From contig NC_083405.1 of assembly GCF_020745735.1 (NCBI RefSeq), positions 58,804,345 to 58,868,344 of the forward strand: 64,000 nucleotides of DNA, in the 5' to 3' direction. Source of the DNA: Hemiscyllium ocellatum. Its lineage: Eukaryota. A program made the position numbers and the translations under genes. The notes below the pieces were generated by a model. That model was not told the DNA's origin and ran no database searches. It worked only from the letters and a program-made list of their open reading frames with translations. Positions 49,215 through 61,104 of this stretch are shown here, piece after piece (position 1 is the first letter of the stretch; every line of letters starts with the position of its first letter).

Positions 49215-50230
49215 TCTCATGGTATAGGGGTAAACAGATCAACACAAGTAGAAAATTGGCTTGCTGGCAATAACCGGTATTTATGAATCAGTCTTTGTCG
49301 GAGTGGAAAGACGCGACAAATGGAGTGCCGCAGGGGTCTGCACTGGGGCCTCACCTTTTTACAATTTACATAAATGACTTGGCCCAGGAGAGCAAAGGCA
49401 TACATATCAAATTTGCATATTACTCCAAGAATTGTTTGCTTTGAGAGGATGAATAACAAAGCAGAGTATTACTTAAATGAGTATTGATTGCAAAATTCTG
49501 AGATGCAGAGAGATTTAGATTTTCCAGTGCATGAGTTAGTGTGAAGATAGGACAGGGAAGGCGATAGGATGCTGTCCCATATTTTGAGAGCAATAACCTC
49601 CTGACGCTGCCTGGCTTGCGGCATTCTTCCAACATCCTGCTTGTTTACTTTAGATATTCAGGGGCTTGTAGAGGCAACATGTCAAAGTTAGTGTGCATTT
49701 TTGGTCTCCATTTTTAAAGAAAAGCTATCAATGCACTAGAGCTGAAAAATGTGTTGCTGGAAAAGCACAGCAGGTCAGGCAGCATTCAAGGAGCAGGAGA
49801 ATCGACGTTTCGGGCATAAGCCCTTCTTCCTGAAGAAGGGCTTATGCCCGAAATGTCGATTCTCCTGCTCCGTGGATGCTGCCTGACCTGCTGCACTTTT
49901 CCAGCAACATTTTTCAGCTCTGATCGCCAGCGTCTGCAGTCCTCACTTTCTCCTATCAATGCATTGGAGGCTGTTCAGACAAGGTTCACCACATTGATAC
50001 CTCGAATAAATGGGGTGTCTTATGAGGACAAGTTGGACAGATTGGACTTGACTCCACTTGAGCTTTGGAGATTCAGTGGTGACTTGACTGAACTGTATAA
50101 TGCCCTGAGCAGTTTTCTTAAGGTTAACTTCAAAAGGATGCTCCCTTTTGGGGTCAGTCTAGGGGGACGTTGTTTTAAAAGTAGCTATCACCCTTTCAGG
50201 GCAGTGATTAGGAGAATTTTTTTTTCCATT
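49215..50230 (+). mobile_element. Decayed CR1 RT/3' fragment (host of the 49739 palindrome)
   Basis: GVPQGSALG, FTIYINDL; FWSP...INALEAVQTRFT rejoins when the insert is removed. Confidence 0.75.
49739..49952. mobile_element. About 214-bp palindromic hammerhead element (family B)
   Basis: About 90-bp inverted arms spanning 49739-49920 with a 2-nt centre at 49830-49831; TSD CTATCAATGCA at 49725-49735 and 49953-49963; plus-strand CTGAAGA-A-GGGC[TTAT]GCCC-GAAA-TG-TC. Confidence 0.9.
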
Positions 50231-51164
50231 GCTTGTAAAATCACTTAGCCCTGTACATGGTTTGCTGTATAGCACGCAAGTAGCCCCTTGTCTTGCAGTT
50301 TCATCAGCTTGACACCTCATTTCTTCTTAGTTAACCCGAACCTCTATAGACCTGTTCATGTATCATATTTTAGAGATAAATGTTAGACAGCTACTTGACT
50401 TCTCCGTGAAACAGCTCTCTCAATTTTGGATCCAGCCCCTCAGATATTAGCAAGGACTGGGTTTACTGTTGCCATTTCCGATACCTGGACCCATGCCAAG
50501 TTCCCTGTCTGGTTACTCCCTCTTTGGGGGCTTTTTTTGTCATGAGATACAATTGATTGGCTTACTAGGCCATTTCAGAGGGCAATTAACAGTCAACCGT
50601 ACTGCTGAGAGTTTGGAGTCACATAAAGGTCAGAACTGTAAAGAACAACAGATTTCCTTCCTTAAAAGGATATTAGTGGGGAATAAGGGCTGGGTAATAA
50701 ATCTGGTTTAGGTAACATCCTACGAACAAGCAAAGTCATGATTTTCTTGAATGTTGAAGCAGGCTAGAGGGGCCAAGTGGCCTACTGCTGCTCTCAAAAC
50801 ATATGTTCATGTGGGTGGAGTAGAACTACGTGTCATTAACACATAAGGAAAACCTAAAACTTGCATGCAAATAATGTCACCAAGAGCCTGCGCTTACCAC
50901 ACAGCTGAACAACCACCTGGGTTGCCAGTGAACATTGGCAAAATAACCACTTGTGGGGAAAATGACAAACAATAAGGACCTTTTTTGACAATCATTTGGG
51001 GAGTATCAGGGAATGAACAACCATAGTACCACATCTTACCCAAGAGTCAGTGTCTTCAGAAGAGGAACAAAGAATGGGCAGGAAGAAAAAAGATTTGAAA
51101 AAAAGCAAGAGTTAGAAAATAGATTTCCACCTGAAAATGTCCTGGTGACCTCTCTTAAGTATAT

Positions 51165-51270
51165 CAGAAACAAAAACAGAAATTGCTGAAAAAGTTCAGC
51201 AGGTCTGGCAGTATCTGTGGAGAGAAATCAGAGTTAACATTTCAGGTCCAATGCCCCTTCTTCAGAACTG
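51165..51270 (-). mobile_element. Family-D hammerhead element (single arm)
   Basis: Minus strand AGTT-CTGAAGA-A-GGGGC[ATTG]GACCT-GAAA-TG-TT-AACT at 51232-51269, then tail ctgatttctctccacagatactgccagacctgctg. Confidence 0.75.
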
Positions 51271-52083
51271 CAGGCCATCGTATAAGGGCATGACTCATAT
51301 TCAGGTATGGTTCTGAGTTTTCACAACTCTCCCAAACAACCATTTCACACAAGTCAGCGTTATTATCCACCAAAGTTGTCTAAGAGAAAACTCACTTTCA
51401 ATCAACACATGTGCAACTTTATCACAGTAGGATGAGAAGATAACATTCAAGAACTGGAACATTCAAAATCCAGCTGTTCTCTGGAGTTCACTATTGTGCT
51501 GAGATCACCAAGTTATTTATAAACCCAGTCTAATCTTTGATGAAAGGTTATTGTTTTGAAATGTTTATTTTGCTTTTCCAATTCACATTTGACCTGTTGA
51601 GGATTTTATTTTAAATTATTAAAAAAGTTAGGTTTTGCAATGATAAGATTATCATTAAATTTGTATTCCAGATTTCATTCATTTCTTGATCCATTCCCAA
51701 AATTTTCCAATAAGGCTCAATAACCAGCTGTTATATGTTGTTAAGTTCAGTCCAAAAATACTAGTCATCCTCTTTTTAAGAATGTGTAGCTTTATACTTC
51801 CAATGCCTCTGGTTGAGCAATAAACTACGTTTCCCCATATTCCATTTATTAAATTGGAATGCAAGTGATTTGATGCGATACTGTACCTGTAATAAATTTT
51901 CTATTTCAGCACATAATATATCTTCAGTTCTGAAATCCTCCATAAAATTGTGCCAGTTCCAGAGGAAATAGTCGCAATACTTTACTGTTCAAATTACATG
52001 AGTGGAACAAGTTTTTTTTTCACCTCAAACAAGATTGAGGTTAATTAAAAGTGATTATTTACCAGTTATCCGTGGTCCCTTAC

Positions 52084-52137
52084 CTTCACGTATGCAGCTT
52101 GTTTTTCAAGGATTAAATCTGCTACTTTCTTTGATAC
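52084..52137 (-). CDS. VPS50: VPS50 exon, 54 bp
   Basis: VSKKVADLILEKQAAYVK; acceptor caaAG, donor GTaagg. Confidence 0.95.
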
Positions 52138-52702
52138 CTTTGAATAAATACAACGCTCAGTTTAATAAGAGTTCTCATGCCTATAGAGACATCATCATGA
52201 CTAATTAATGAATACAATTCCTACTGCATAACTTATTCACTTTTAATTTTGAAGAAAATATTTACTAATATGTAAATCTCCATGCTCCAATGCAATTTGA
52301 GTCCACTACACATAAATATCTAATTATTGGACCTAACTGTAACAGACTTGGAAGGTTTTGAAATAGAAAATACGGTCCAAAACCTACTTAATAGATTTTA
52401 TTAGGGAAATTAAACTGAAAGCTACAACATTGTGAGACCTAATTTCTACTTATGCTGGTTGGAGATACAGCTTCAATTAGAAAGAAGTGTCAACACACCT
52501 GTTGGTTTATGCATGGAACTGTACTATTTACATTAAAATGAAGATAAAGGGAAGATCCAGGCAATAATTTTCTTTGCAGCTGTATCTTACTGATATTTCA
52601 CTTCCAAATAAATTCATACCACTCCAGTTTTCACGCAAGCCATGTGTATAAATACTGGAGAAGTTCCAGGTACAAACTCTAACCCAAAACAGATCATACA
52701 GG

Positions 52703-52900
52703 ACCAAAGTAGAAATTTCTGGAAAAAACTCAGCATATGTGGAGAAAAATCAGAGTTAACATTTCAGGTTAAGTGGCCCTTTCTCAGAATCCTCTGTCAG
52801 TGTTTGGAGGAAGGGTCACCTGACCCAAAACATTAACTCTGATTTCTCTTCACATATACTGCCAGACCTGCTGTTTTTCCAGCAATTTCTATTTTTGTCT
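52703..52900. mobile_element. Family-D fold-back element, both hammerheads degenerate
   Basis: aaatcagagttaacatttcaggt is inverted relative to acccaaaacattaactctgattt; outer arms agaaatt.ctggaaaaa / tttttccagcaatttct. Confidence 0.75.
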
Positions 52901-53269
52901 TTTATTCATAGCATCCATTGTTCTTTCGGGTTTTATTTAGATCATGCAGGATGTTTATGAAATTAAGTATTCACCGCCTTGGAAATGCGGTTGGTTTATT
53001 CTAACATTTGAAAATGCATGACATGTTATAAGGATGCTTTCCAGACTTCACCTATGAATTAGGGTTATCCATTTGCTGAGCACCTGCTTTCTGTACACAC
53101 ACGTGATGCCGACTCCACTGACCTTTGAACTTGTTCTTGTCCTTTCATTCTAACCTGCATAGTGCCAACTCAGTTCAATACAAGATTCAGGAATATCGCG
53201 GAATGTTCCACAGAACAGTAATCCTCTTATCTGAAGAAATCTTACAAATAACTCCAGACCATAAGTTAT

Positions 53270-53510
53270 AGCCTCGACTTTCTCTACAGCACTGGTGGAA
53301 TGTGGTAGAACGATTACCGATGACCATGAAACCATTGTCAATTGCCAGAAAAACCCATCCAGTTCACTGATGTCCTACGGGGAACGAAAACTGCCTTTCT
53401 ATCCTGGTCTGGCCTACGTGGGACTCTAGACCCACTGTATTGTGGTTAACTCTCAACTGCTCTCTGAAATGTCCTAGCAAGCCGTCCAGCCATATCAAAT
53501 GCTACAAAAT
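53270..53510 (+). mobile_element. Second SINE-like family (inverted copies at about 25990-26330 and 50540-50720)
   Basis: ctggtctggcctacgtgggactctagacccac is the reverse complement of gtgggtttggagtcacacgtaggccagaccag at 26.08 kb. Confidence 0.65.
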
Positions 53511-54644
53511 TTCAAAGAAATGAAACTGGACGGACCACCTGGCATCAAATTAGGACCGCAAAAAACAGAGGGAGGGCGCAAGAGAAGCTGTTGTGCCCAG
53601 CCGCAAACTGTTCAGCTACATGAGAACTAATCACTGATATCGATGGGCAAAAAACTCTTGTCATTGATAATTGGCCATAGTCCACAGACCAACCAAAGCT
53701 TCATTTGTACACAACCTTTTAGCTCTAGCTCATCCAGAAACTACACTTCAAATACATCCTGGTTAACAAGCAACTGTGTAAATAATGCTTGCAATGAGTA
53801 TTAAGGCCCCTGTTTTCAAAACATGCAGCAATCTTCAGCTTTTAAACAGTTCTTTTCTCATTTCTGTCAAAAAAAAGACTTTTTTTAACAAAATTTACAC
53901 CATCTTTTGAAAAAGACATCAAAACCTGTCTTTTCTCCTCAGACAGGCTGACCAACATGCTGTGTCTATCCAGCATTTTGATTGTTTTTCAACACACATC
54001 CATGTTGGTGAAATATTGTCTGAGTAGAAGTATTGCACAGAACACAGAACAAGTTTTAACAGTCTTCCACTGGTCAGTGAACAACTTTTGTTTATGTACC
54101 TAATTCTTAAATTGTGCAAGTAACATACTTTAAAATTTAGCTTACAACTGTGAAAACAAGGTGGTTACCAATAAACCATATAGCTTCATTGGAGAGAAAG
54201 AGACAGAGTTATCATTTTGAGTTTGGTACGACTCTTCTTTAGAAATGTAGACTTATATCTGACTCCAAATGTTAACTCTGTTTCTCTCTCCGCTGCCAGA
54301 TTTGTTGAGTTTCGCTTACATTCTCAACATTTCTTCTGGATTTCCAGCAACCCCCAAATTTCACCTTTATACATGTAATTTCTATATCTGTCTACCAAAG
54401 TCTCAGCACTAAGTTCCTGTAAATAAAGAAATTCAAATCAGAAAATAATAAAAATTAGTCATGCCAACAAGGTATGCTAAACACTAGACTGATTCAATTG
54501 GGTTAAGTATAGCCAAGCAGGAATAGTTTTAAACAGCAACCACAGCGCTTCCAGACTTTCATTTTGATAGAACACAACACCAGAGAGAAGACACATCACA
54601 AATCAAGATGATGCTTAGTTCATGTGAATTACCTACCTATCCTA

Positions 54645-55187
54645 ATAGATGGGAACAATACAGCACAGAACAGGCCCTTTGGCCCTCAATGTTGTGCTGA
54701 CCTGTGAGCTAATCTAAGCCCATCTCCCTCCACTATCCCATCATCACCTATATGCTTCTCCAAGGATTGTTTAAATCTCCCGAATGTGGCTGAGTTAACT
54801 ATATTGGCAGGCAGGGCATTCCACACCCTTACCACTCTCTGAGTAAAGAACCTGCCTCTGACATCTGTCTTAAATCTATCATCCCTCAATTTGTAGTTAT
54901 GCCCCCTCATACAAGCTGACCTCGTCATCCTCTGAAAAAGACTTTCACTGTCTACCTTATCTAATCCTCTCATCATCTTGTATGTCTCTGTTAAATCCCC
55001 TTTTAGCTGCGTTCTTTCCAATGAGAATAAACCCAAGTCTCCTGGCCTTTCCCCATAAGACCATCCCTCCAGACCAGGCAACGTTCTGGTAAATCTCCTC
55101 TGCACCTGTTCCAATGCTTCCACATCCTTCCTACAGAGGGGCGACCAGACCTGCACACAAAATTCCAAGTGAGGCCGCACTAGCATT
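54645..55187 (-). mobile_element. CR1 3' fragment, open for 166 aa
   Basis: LVRPHLEFCVQVWSP...FFTQRVVRVWNALP; same subfamily as 62393-63030. Confidence 0.9.
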
Positions 55188-55227
55188 TTGATTTCTACTA
55201 TTAATTAGTAACAAATAAAGTACTTAC

Positions 55228-55299
55228 AGCAGCTTGCTGTTGTTTCAGTTTATCTCTATATTCTTCAAGGTCTTGTAGATTGAGAACAGAGGGAAGTTT
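55228..55299 (-). CDS. VPS50: VPS50 exon, 72 bp
   Basis: [24 protein letters not shown]; acceptor tgcAG, donor GTaagt; in frame with neighbouring exons. Confidence 0.96.
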
Positions 55300-56929
55300 C
55301 TGCAGACCAACAAGAAATTAACAAAATCAACTGCCCAAAGTAAATATATTAATTAACAACCACTGAAGTTTTGGTATAAAAAATTAAGTCAAAAGCTATC
55401 ACTGACAAACGTTGGTCACAATAAACTTTCCGTGCTATAGGTCATCAAAAAGAATGGCTAATTTTAAGAAGATTCAGTATAATATTTACAGAATTATTTT
55501 CTTTGTTGCTATTCTGTTTGTAACATTGAACTACATCCTGGAAGACAAATAATACCTGAAATATTAAGAAACAGATAAAAACAGGGGGGCATGCATGCAT
55601 GGGTTATTTGAAGTGGAATGAAGGTAAATAGCATGGTTAATAAGCTAAGTAGCATCCTGAGTTTTGTCAGCGAAGGGGTGCAGAGCAGGAAAAGGGAGAT
55701 TACACTGATGCCACATGGAACACTGGTTCAGCTGGAGGTCTGGGTGCTGCACTTTTGAAGGGATGTACATACATCAAAGGGGATCATGGAGATTTGCAAG
55801 AGTGGTTCCAGGTATGACAAATGGTAATGTTAAAAAATTAAATTGTACTATCTCTCTGAACATTAATGCAATGTTATTGGGTTAAACTGTATTGTCTTTC
55901 TCCAGCTGAACATTCTGGAAGAGGGTGGGGACGACATTCGTGCAGAATGTGGATGATTCGCAATTCATTTGGCCAGCCATTTACTACTACTGCCCTGCTA
56001 TTATCAAATTGAACACTCATTCAGCCCCTTCCATTCAGAAATGCTTTCATAGTTATGCCCTGAAGCTAGGACATATCACATCTACATTGTCTTGGGGAAT
56101 CATTGAGTCAGGAAATCATTTGCAAAACAATTCCCCAGGATTAGGGCATTTACATTACCTCCGAGGAAGACCTCATCCTACCATTGTAACTGGGGTAACA
56201 TGGGGAGCGGCCAGAGTACCTGGAAGCATTACCAACTGACCTGAATAAAGGGAATGTATTTCCTTTGTTTGGAGCTTCTTTGACTCCACTTTGCACGCCT
56301 GCGAGGAGGGTCAAAGGAGGGGTCACCTGACTTGTACTGGCTTTAATAAACTTTACCTGTTCGCAGAAGTTAGTGTGTGTGAATTGCATTTTGTGTGAGA
56401 AACCTCAGGAAAAGAACCTAACAAAACTTTATCATTATGATCAACTCGAAAAGTTGGGAACATGCTCCCCTGTAAAGGGGTTGGCTGACAGTGGGGGGCT
56501 ACATTCTCTGTAATGTTTTCTACTGCTGTACAGATCTCTGAAGTTCATGTACAGCAGTGATTACCGGAACTGCGCGGGGGGTTGGAGGCAATATGTCCAC
56601 ACAGTGATCAGCAATTGATCAGCTGGGGGGAGGGGGAGCACAGGGGAATCCCCTCAGTCGCTTGCAACAAATATTTTGTATTTCTTTTTGGCGCACATAT
56701 AATACAATTAAAAAGTAGCTTGCTTAAAAAGGGAAGGAGCCAATAAGCAAGACTTTCTTCAGTTAAAAGTAAATCTTAATACCACCTAACCCAGAGAGAA
56801 ACAAAAATATTTGATGTCAAGCTCAAAAGGTGCTAAGTTTAAAATGAGTATCGACAGGGAGAAATAAGGCTACACTGTTTCAGAGTCCTTAGAATCTTTT
56901 AAGTGTTAACATTTTAAAGCTGAAAAAGT

Positions 56930-57400
56930 AAAACATTTTGTTGATGCTTTTTGTCACGTACTTATCAGTCAGACCGGGAAGAAATACCAAAGTAAAAGTC
57001 AAATAACACATTATTATATGAGAATACGGTCACTAGTTGGCAAATAGACTCTGATTGGTAGAAGCATTGCCATGGAGAATGCACCAGTTAATGATGACAC
57101 ATAGTGCACCTATTTCAACACAGCAACATACATGACACTCTCTGGTTTGTTTCACAAGGCAGTGCCACAATGAGAGTCAACCCATCTAAAATTGAAATAA
57201 AGCTTAGCATTCCATTGTCAGTCACCATCTAACTGGTGCATTCTCCATGGCAATACCAACTTCAACCAGGGTCCTCGTGAACCTGCCAGTATTCTCCTCT
57301 CACAACATATTAACATTGTTTTTCTTCTCACTGATATTTATTGCAAATTAAGAGTGCAAAATGAAAAGCTTCAGCAAAATGTCTTTTTTCAACAATACTC
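56930..57400. repeat. Old inverted-repeat element with degenerate hammerhead-like ends (family E)
   Basis: Perfect 25-bp inverted repeat at 57066-57090 / 57230-57254; outer arms CTGATAAGTACGTGACAAAAAGCATC (minus) and GAGTGCAAAATGAAAAGCTTC (plus). Confidence 0.6.
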
Positions 57401-58573
57401 AAATTTATTTTTCCTTTTTTTAGATATGCTGCTTGGAATGTCCTTTTGGAATAAAGCTTGTATATAGTGCACACTCTAGATCTATCATCTTTCTGAACTG
57501 GTCAACTGGCTAGCAACCCTATGCATGAAACCATATACAACTGAATTAAACAGAAGATGCAAATATTTATCTTGAAGAATTTTGGGGAAAAATTGGAAGA
57601 TTGGAACAATTTGTACATTTAAACAAGGTTTCAACAAGGAGTGAGGTCAACAGGTTAATGTTAATGTATACTTTAAGTCACTTTCTGTTTACAGAAAAAT
57701 GAGACTTTGCAGAATATAGCCATCCAAAGCTTTCAAGATGACAAGATGTGGTTTATTGTTTTCAGTACTGGAAAAGGCTGACTTTGAAAAGACCATGTAA
57801 ATCCAATGCTAACATTTGCCAAGTAATCTTCTTTGGACTTATAATTATGTTTTTCAGATCCAGAAACCAATATCAAAGACATTCCAGATGTTGCAAGTAA
57901 ATATCCTGAAATCTCTCATCAATAGCAGTTATTGAAAACCTGATAAAGTTTCTAAACCTTTTCAGTTTTTCTGACTATCTTGTGAAACCAGTAAAGTTGG
58001 ACAATGACCATGTTCTCAAGATTCAATGTAGGTTTGCGTAGAACTACACTTCTGATTACAGTCAGCAGCTGTCTACAATTTGATTTCATTGCCAGGAAAA
58101 TCTAATGGATGAGAGAAGTCATCACTTGATATCTTTACTTTCCAGACTCTCAGACAACTGGGGTCGTTTCCTTCCCTTGCACTTATTTTAAAAATGCATC
58201 TTCGCTACAGAGATGTGCCTTTGTGTGTTGTGAAGATGTGCCTGCGTCTGAGATGATGAGGATATAGTTTAATACTAAATCAAAGTTTAGATTTTAACCA
58301 GCGTTTGCCACTTGCTTTAAGAATAAAGGTTGTTTATAATAAACAGATTCTGTTTACTAAAGAAGCCTAAACATCATTTTTATTCTGAATAATAGTAAAA
58401 GAAAGTTAGCCATTTTGGTTTCTGAATCAACACATTTTTATTCAAATGGCACAATCTGTGAAGCAATGGGATTTGCCCAATCCTACCACCATAGTCATAA
58501 CACTGACTGGTTGTGGTGTCTTCCGATGGCATTATTTATTTCACATGGAACACAATTGGGTTTCCTCAACGTG

Positions 58574-58756
58574 AAAAATCACAACACCAGGTTATAGTCC
58601 AACTGGTTGGTTTGGAAGCACTAGCTTTCAGAGTGCTGCCCCTTCATCACGTGATTGACTACCACCTGATGAAGGAGCTGCGCTCCAAAAGCTTGTGCTT
58701 CCAAATAAACCTGTTGGACTATAACCTGGTGTTGGTGTACAAAGTTAAAAATCACC
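58574..58756. mobile_element. Family-C fold-back element with two opposed hammerheads
   Basis: Arms spanning 58582-58734 with a 9-nt spacer; plus CAC-CTGATGA-A-GGAGC[TGC]GCTCC-AAAA-GC-TT-GTG; minus CAC-GTGATGA-A-GGGGC[AGC]ACTCT-GAAA-GC-TA-GTG. Confidence 0.85.
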
Positions 58757-59479
58757 CAAGTACAACAGCAGCATCTTCAAATCATTTCTCAATGTGGTCA
58801 CATTGAGATATTTAAGGCCCACTTTTCCTTCTTTAAAGTATTTTAGTTCATGAAAAGTCTCAGATATAACAATCAGATGATGGAAGTTAAAATTCCATAA
58901 CCTGCACTCAAAGTAAGTGCACAGCCTGAAAGTGTAGTGGAGGTCAGTTCAATTGCTGTATTGAAATGCTTAGTTAGTTCCTTTTCAAATACCAATCTAT
59001 GTGCAGGTTATGGAGAGAAGGCAGGATAATGACATTATTGAAAAGCTCATTTGGAGAATTGGTGTAGACACAATGGGTTGAATAGCCTCCCTCTGTACTG
59101 TCATAATTCTGAGATTCAGAAGCATTTAAAATATTCTCAACTCACTCATCACAGTCTTACCCAGACTAAGTAAAAGATGTACAGAAAATCAAATGAGATT
59201 TTGCATTGACAGCAACCAGTGTAACTATCAATCTAGTGCTCACAAAAACAATACATTGGTTAAAAAGCAACTTAAATTAGTACAACATTAATAGCACGGA
59301 TGCACCGCATCAAAGATAACGGATTACAATCTAAAAGTGAATCTCAATTGCCATGTGCCCATCAATGCTTGGGGCTAATTTTTATCAATCTTCACTTCCA
59401 TGAAGCGCAATAAGGCAGGGTATAAAATGAGTACTGTAGTCAGTCCCATAAATTTCCAGGTGTGGGGGCTTGGTTATAA

Positions 59480-59765
59480 TTAGATTACTTACAGTGTGGA
59501 AACAGGCCCTTCGACCTAACAAGTCCACACCGACACTCCGAAGCGCAACCCACCCAGACCCATTCCCCTACACTTACCCATTCCCCTAACACTACGGGCA
59601 ATTTAGCATGGCCAATTCACCTAACATGCACATTTTTGGTTTGTGGGAGGAAACCCACGCAGACACAGGGAGAATGACTGTGTGGAGTTTGCACAGTCAC
59701 CTGAGGCGGGAATTGAACCCGGGTCTCTGGCACTGAGAGGCAGCAGTGCTAACCCACCTTGTGTC
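59480..59765 (-). mobile_element. HE1-type SINE
   Basis: B box (gggaattgaacc on plus), V-SINE core and gattacttacagtgtggaaacaggcc tail. Confidence 0.88.
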
Positions 59766-59845
59766 ACATTCAGACAATTCAAAAGCTACAAGTGCATCTT
59801 CAGCATTTTTACAAAACAAAGAGGAAGAAAACATGTTACTGTTAC

Positions 59846-59968
59846 CTCCAGCTCATAGTTCACAACATCAAATGAGTCATTGTTGAAATAAATTTCTTCA
59901 ATGCTGTTAATTATTTCTTGCTCCGCTTGAGGGTCACTTGGAATTTCTCTTAATTCTCTTTGTTCTTC
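59846..59968 (-). CDS. VPS50: VPS50 (syndetin/CCDC132) internal exon, 123 bp (probably human exon 3 equivalent)
   Basis: Translates [41 protein letters not shown], matching recalled human VPS50 [28 protein letters not shown]...YELE. Acceptor ttcAG, donor GTaac, phase 0-0. Confidence 0.96.
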
Positions 59969-60644
59969 CTGAATGAAACAAAGTAAGAACACATTGTACA
60001 AGGCAATACATACAGTACCAAGAATTACTTGAATCGTCCATTGAAAACCAAGTTACTAAGATTAAATTCTGCTGCTTGTAAAGATGAAGATAATTGAATT
60101 TCTTTGTGCTAACTAAATTTGAATTTCACTGTAATAGTGGTTTAAAAATGTTCCCACAATAAAATTAGTAGGGATGGCTGCTATGCCTTGCTAATCAGCT
60201 TTCGTAGAATAAAATCAGTAGGTAAAAACAGCAGATAATTTTATAGTTGCAGATCAAACATTAACATATGAAAAGTGAATACAGCATCCATTCAACCATA
60301 ACACAAGTATCATCATTACGCCAATTGTGATCCAAATAAATAGTTACGAATGCATTTCTTGTAGTTGCAAAGTCTTTGACCTAATTGAATTCAATGTTTT
60401 TTATGCACATCTCCTGTTCCACAATAAAGTATTAATTCTTAAAACTATTACTATTCAAGTGAAAAATGTAAATATTTGGCTAATGCGATAATAACAGTGA
60501 TCAATTCATTTAGGGATACAATTGTTTCTCAAAAGGAAAGCAATGAGATAATGATTCAATGATTTTGTCAAGTAAAATGCAATCCTTTTTAAAATATTAG
60601 TATCATTCAAAGTAATTCAAAGTGAGACAAACTCTAAGGTTTCA

Positions 60645-61100
60645 AGCATTCCCTCCCTAGCATACGGTTGGCAACCATCCAAGCCATGGAAAATAAGATG
60701 GACAACATTAAAGCTTGATTAACCTGGCAAAGAGAAATGAGGGACTGCTGTATCAGAGATAAAGCTCACCCCTGCCACACCTGTGGTCTTCTCAATTCAT
60801 TGAATGGACTGCTTACATTTTTGGGGAAGGCAAGGGGCAGTGGGGTCTGCCTCAATCAAAAATGCCCATTGCTCAGACATCATGACTCTGGTGAGTCATT
60901 GCTCCCCAGACCTGGAATATTTAACAGTGAAATGCAGTCCATACTACCTGTCACATGAGTTCATCTCCACTATCTTGACTGCAGTCAATAGCTCGCCCCA
61001 TGCAAAAGTGAAGTGTGTTCGTGAATAAGCATACAACGTGACAAACACACACAGTCTTGAGACGAATTACAGCAAAGCCTTGTCCATCGTAGCCAGTGAC
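60645..61100 (+). mobile_element. Rex1/Babar-like LINE endonuclease remnant
   Basis: LPSI.LA..Q.MENKMD, MRDCC, GSGVC, CSPDLEYLTVKC.PYYL.HEF.S.ILTAV: APE-domain signature recalled for the Rex1/Babar clade. Confidence 0.7.
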
Positions 61101-61104
61101 TTAA

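Noticed and set aside
49739-49920. pre-miRNA or DNA-transposon MITE
   Set aside because: The asymmetric tail shared with a GIY-YIG PLE, the long TSD and multiple family copies favour a PLE-derived fold-back. Small-RNA production is not excluded.
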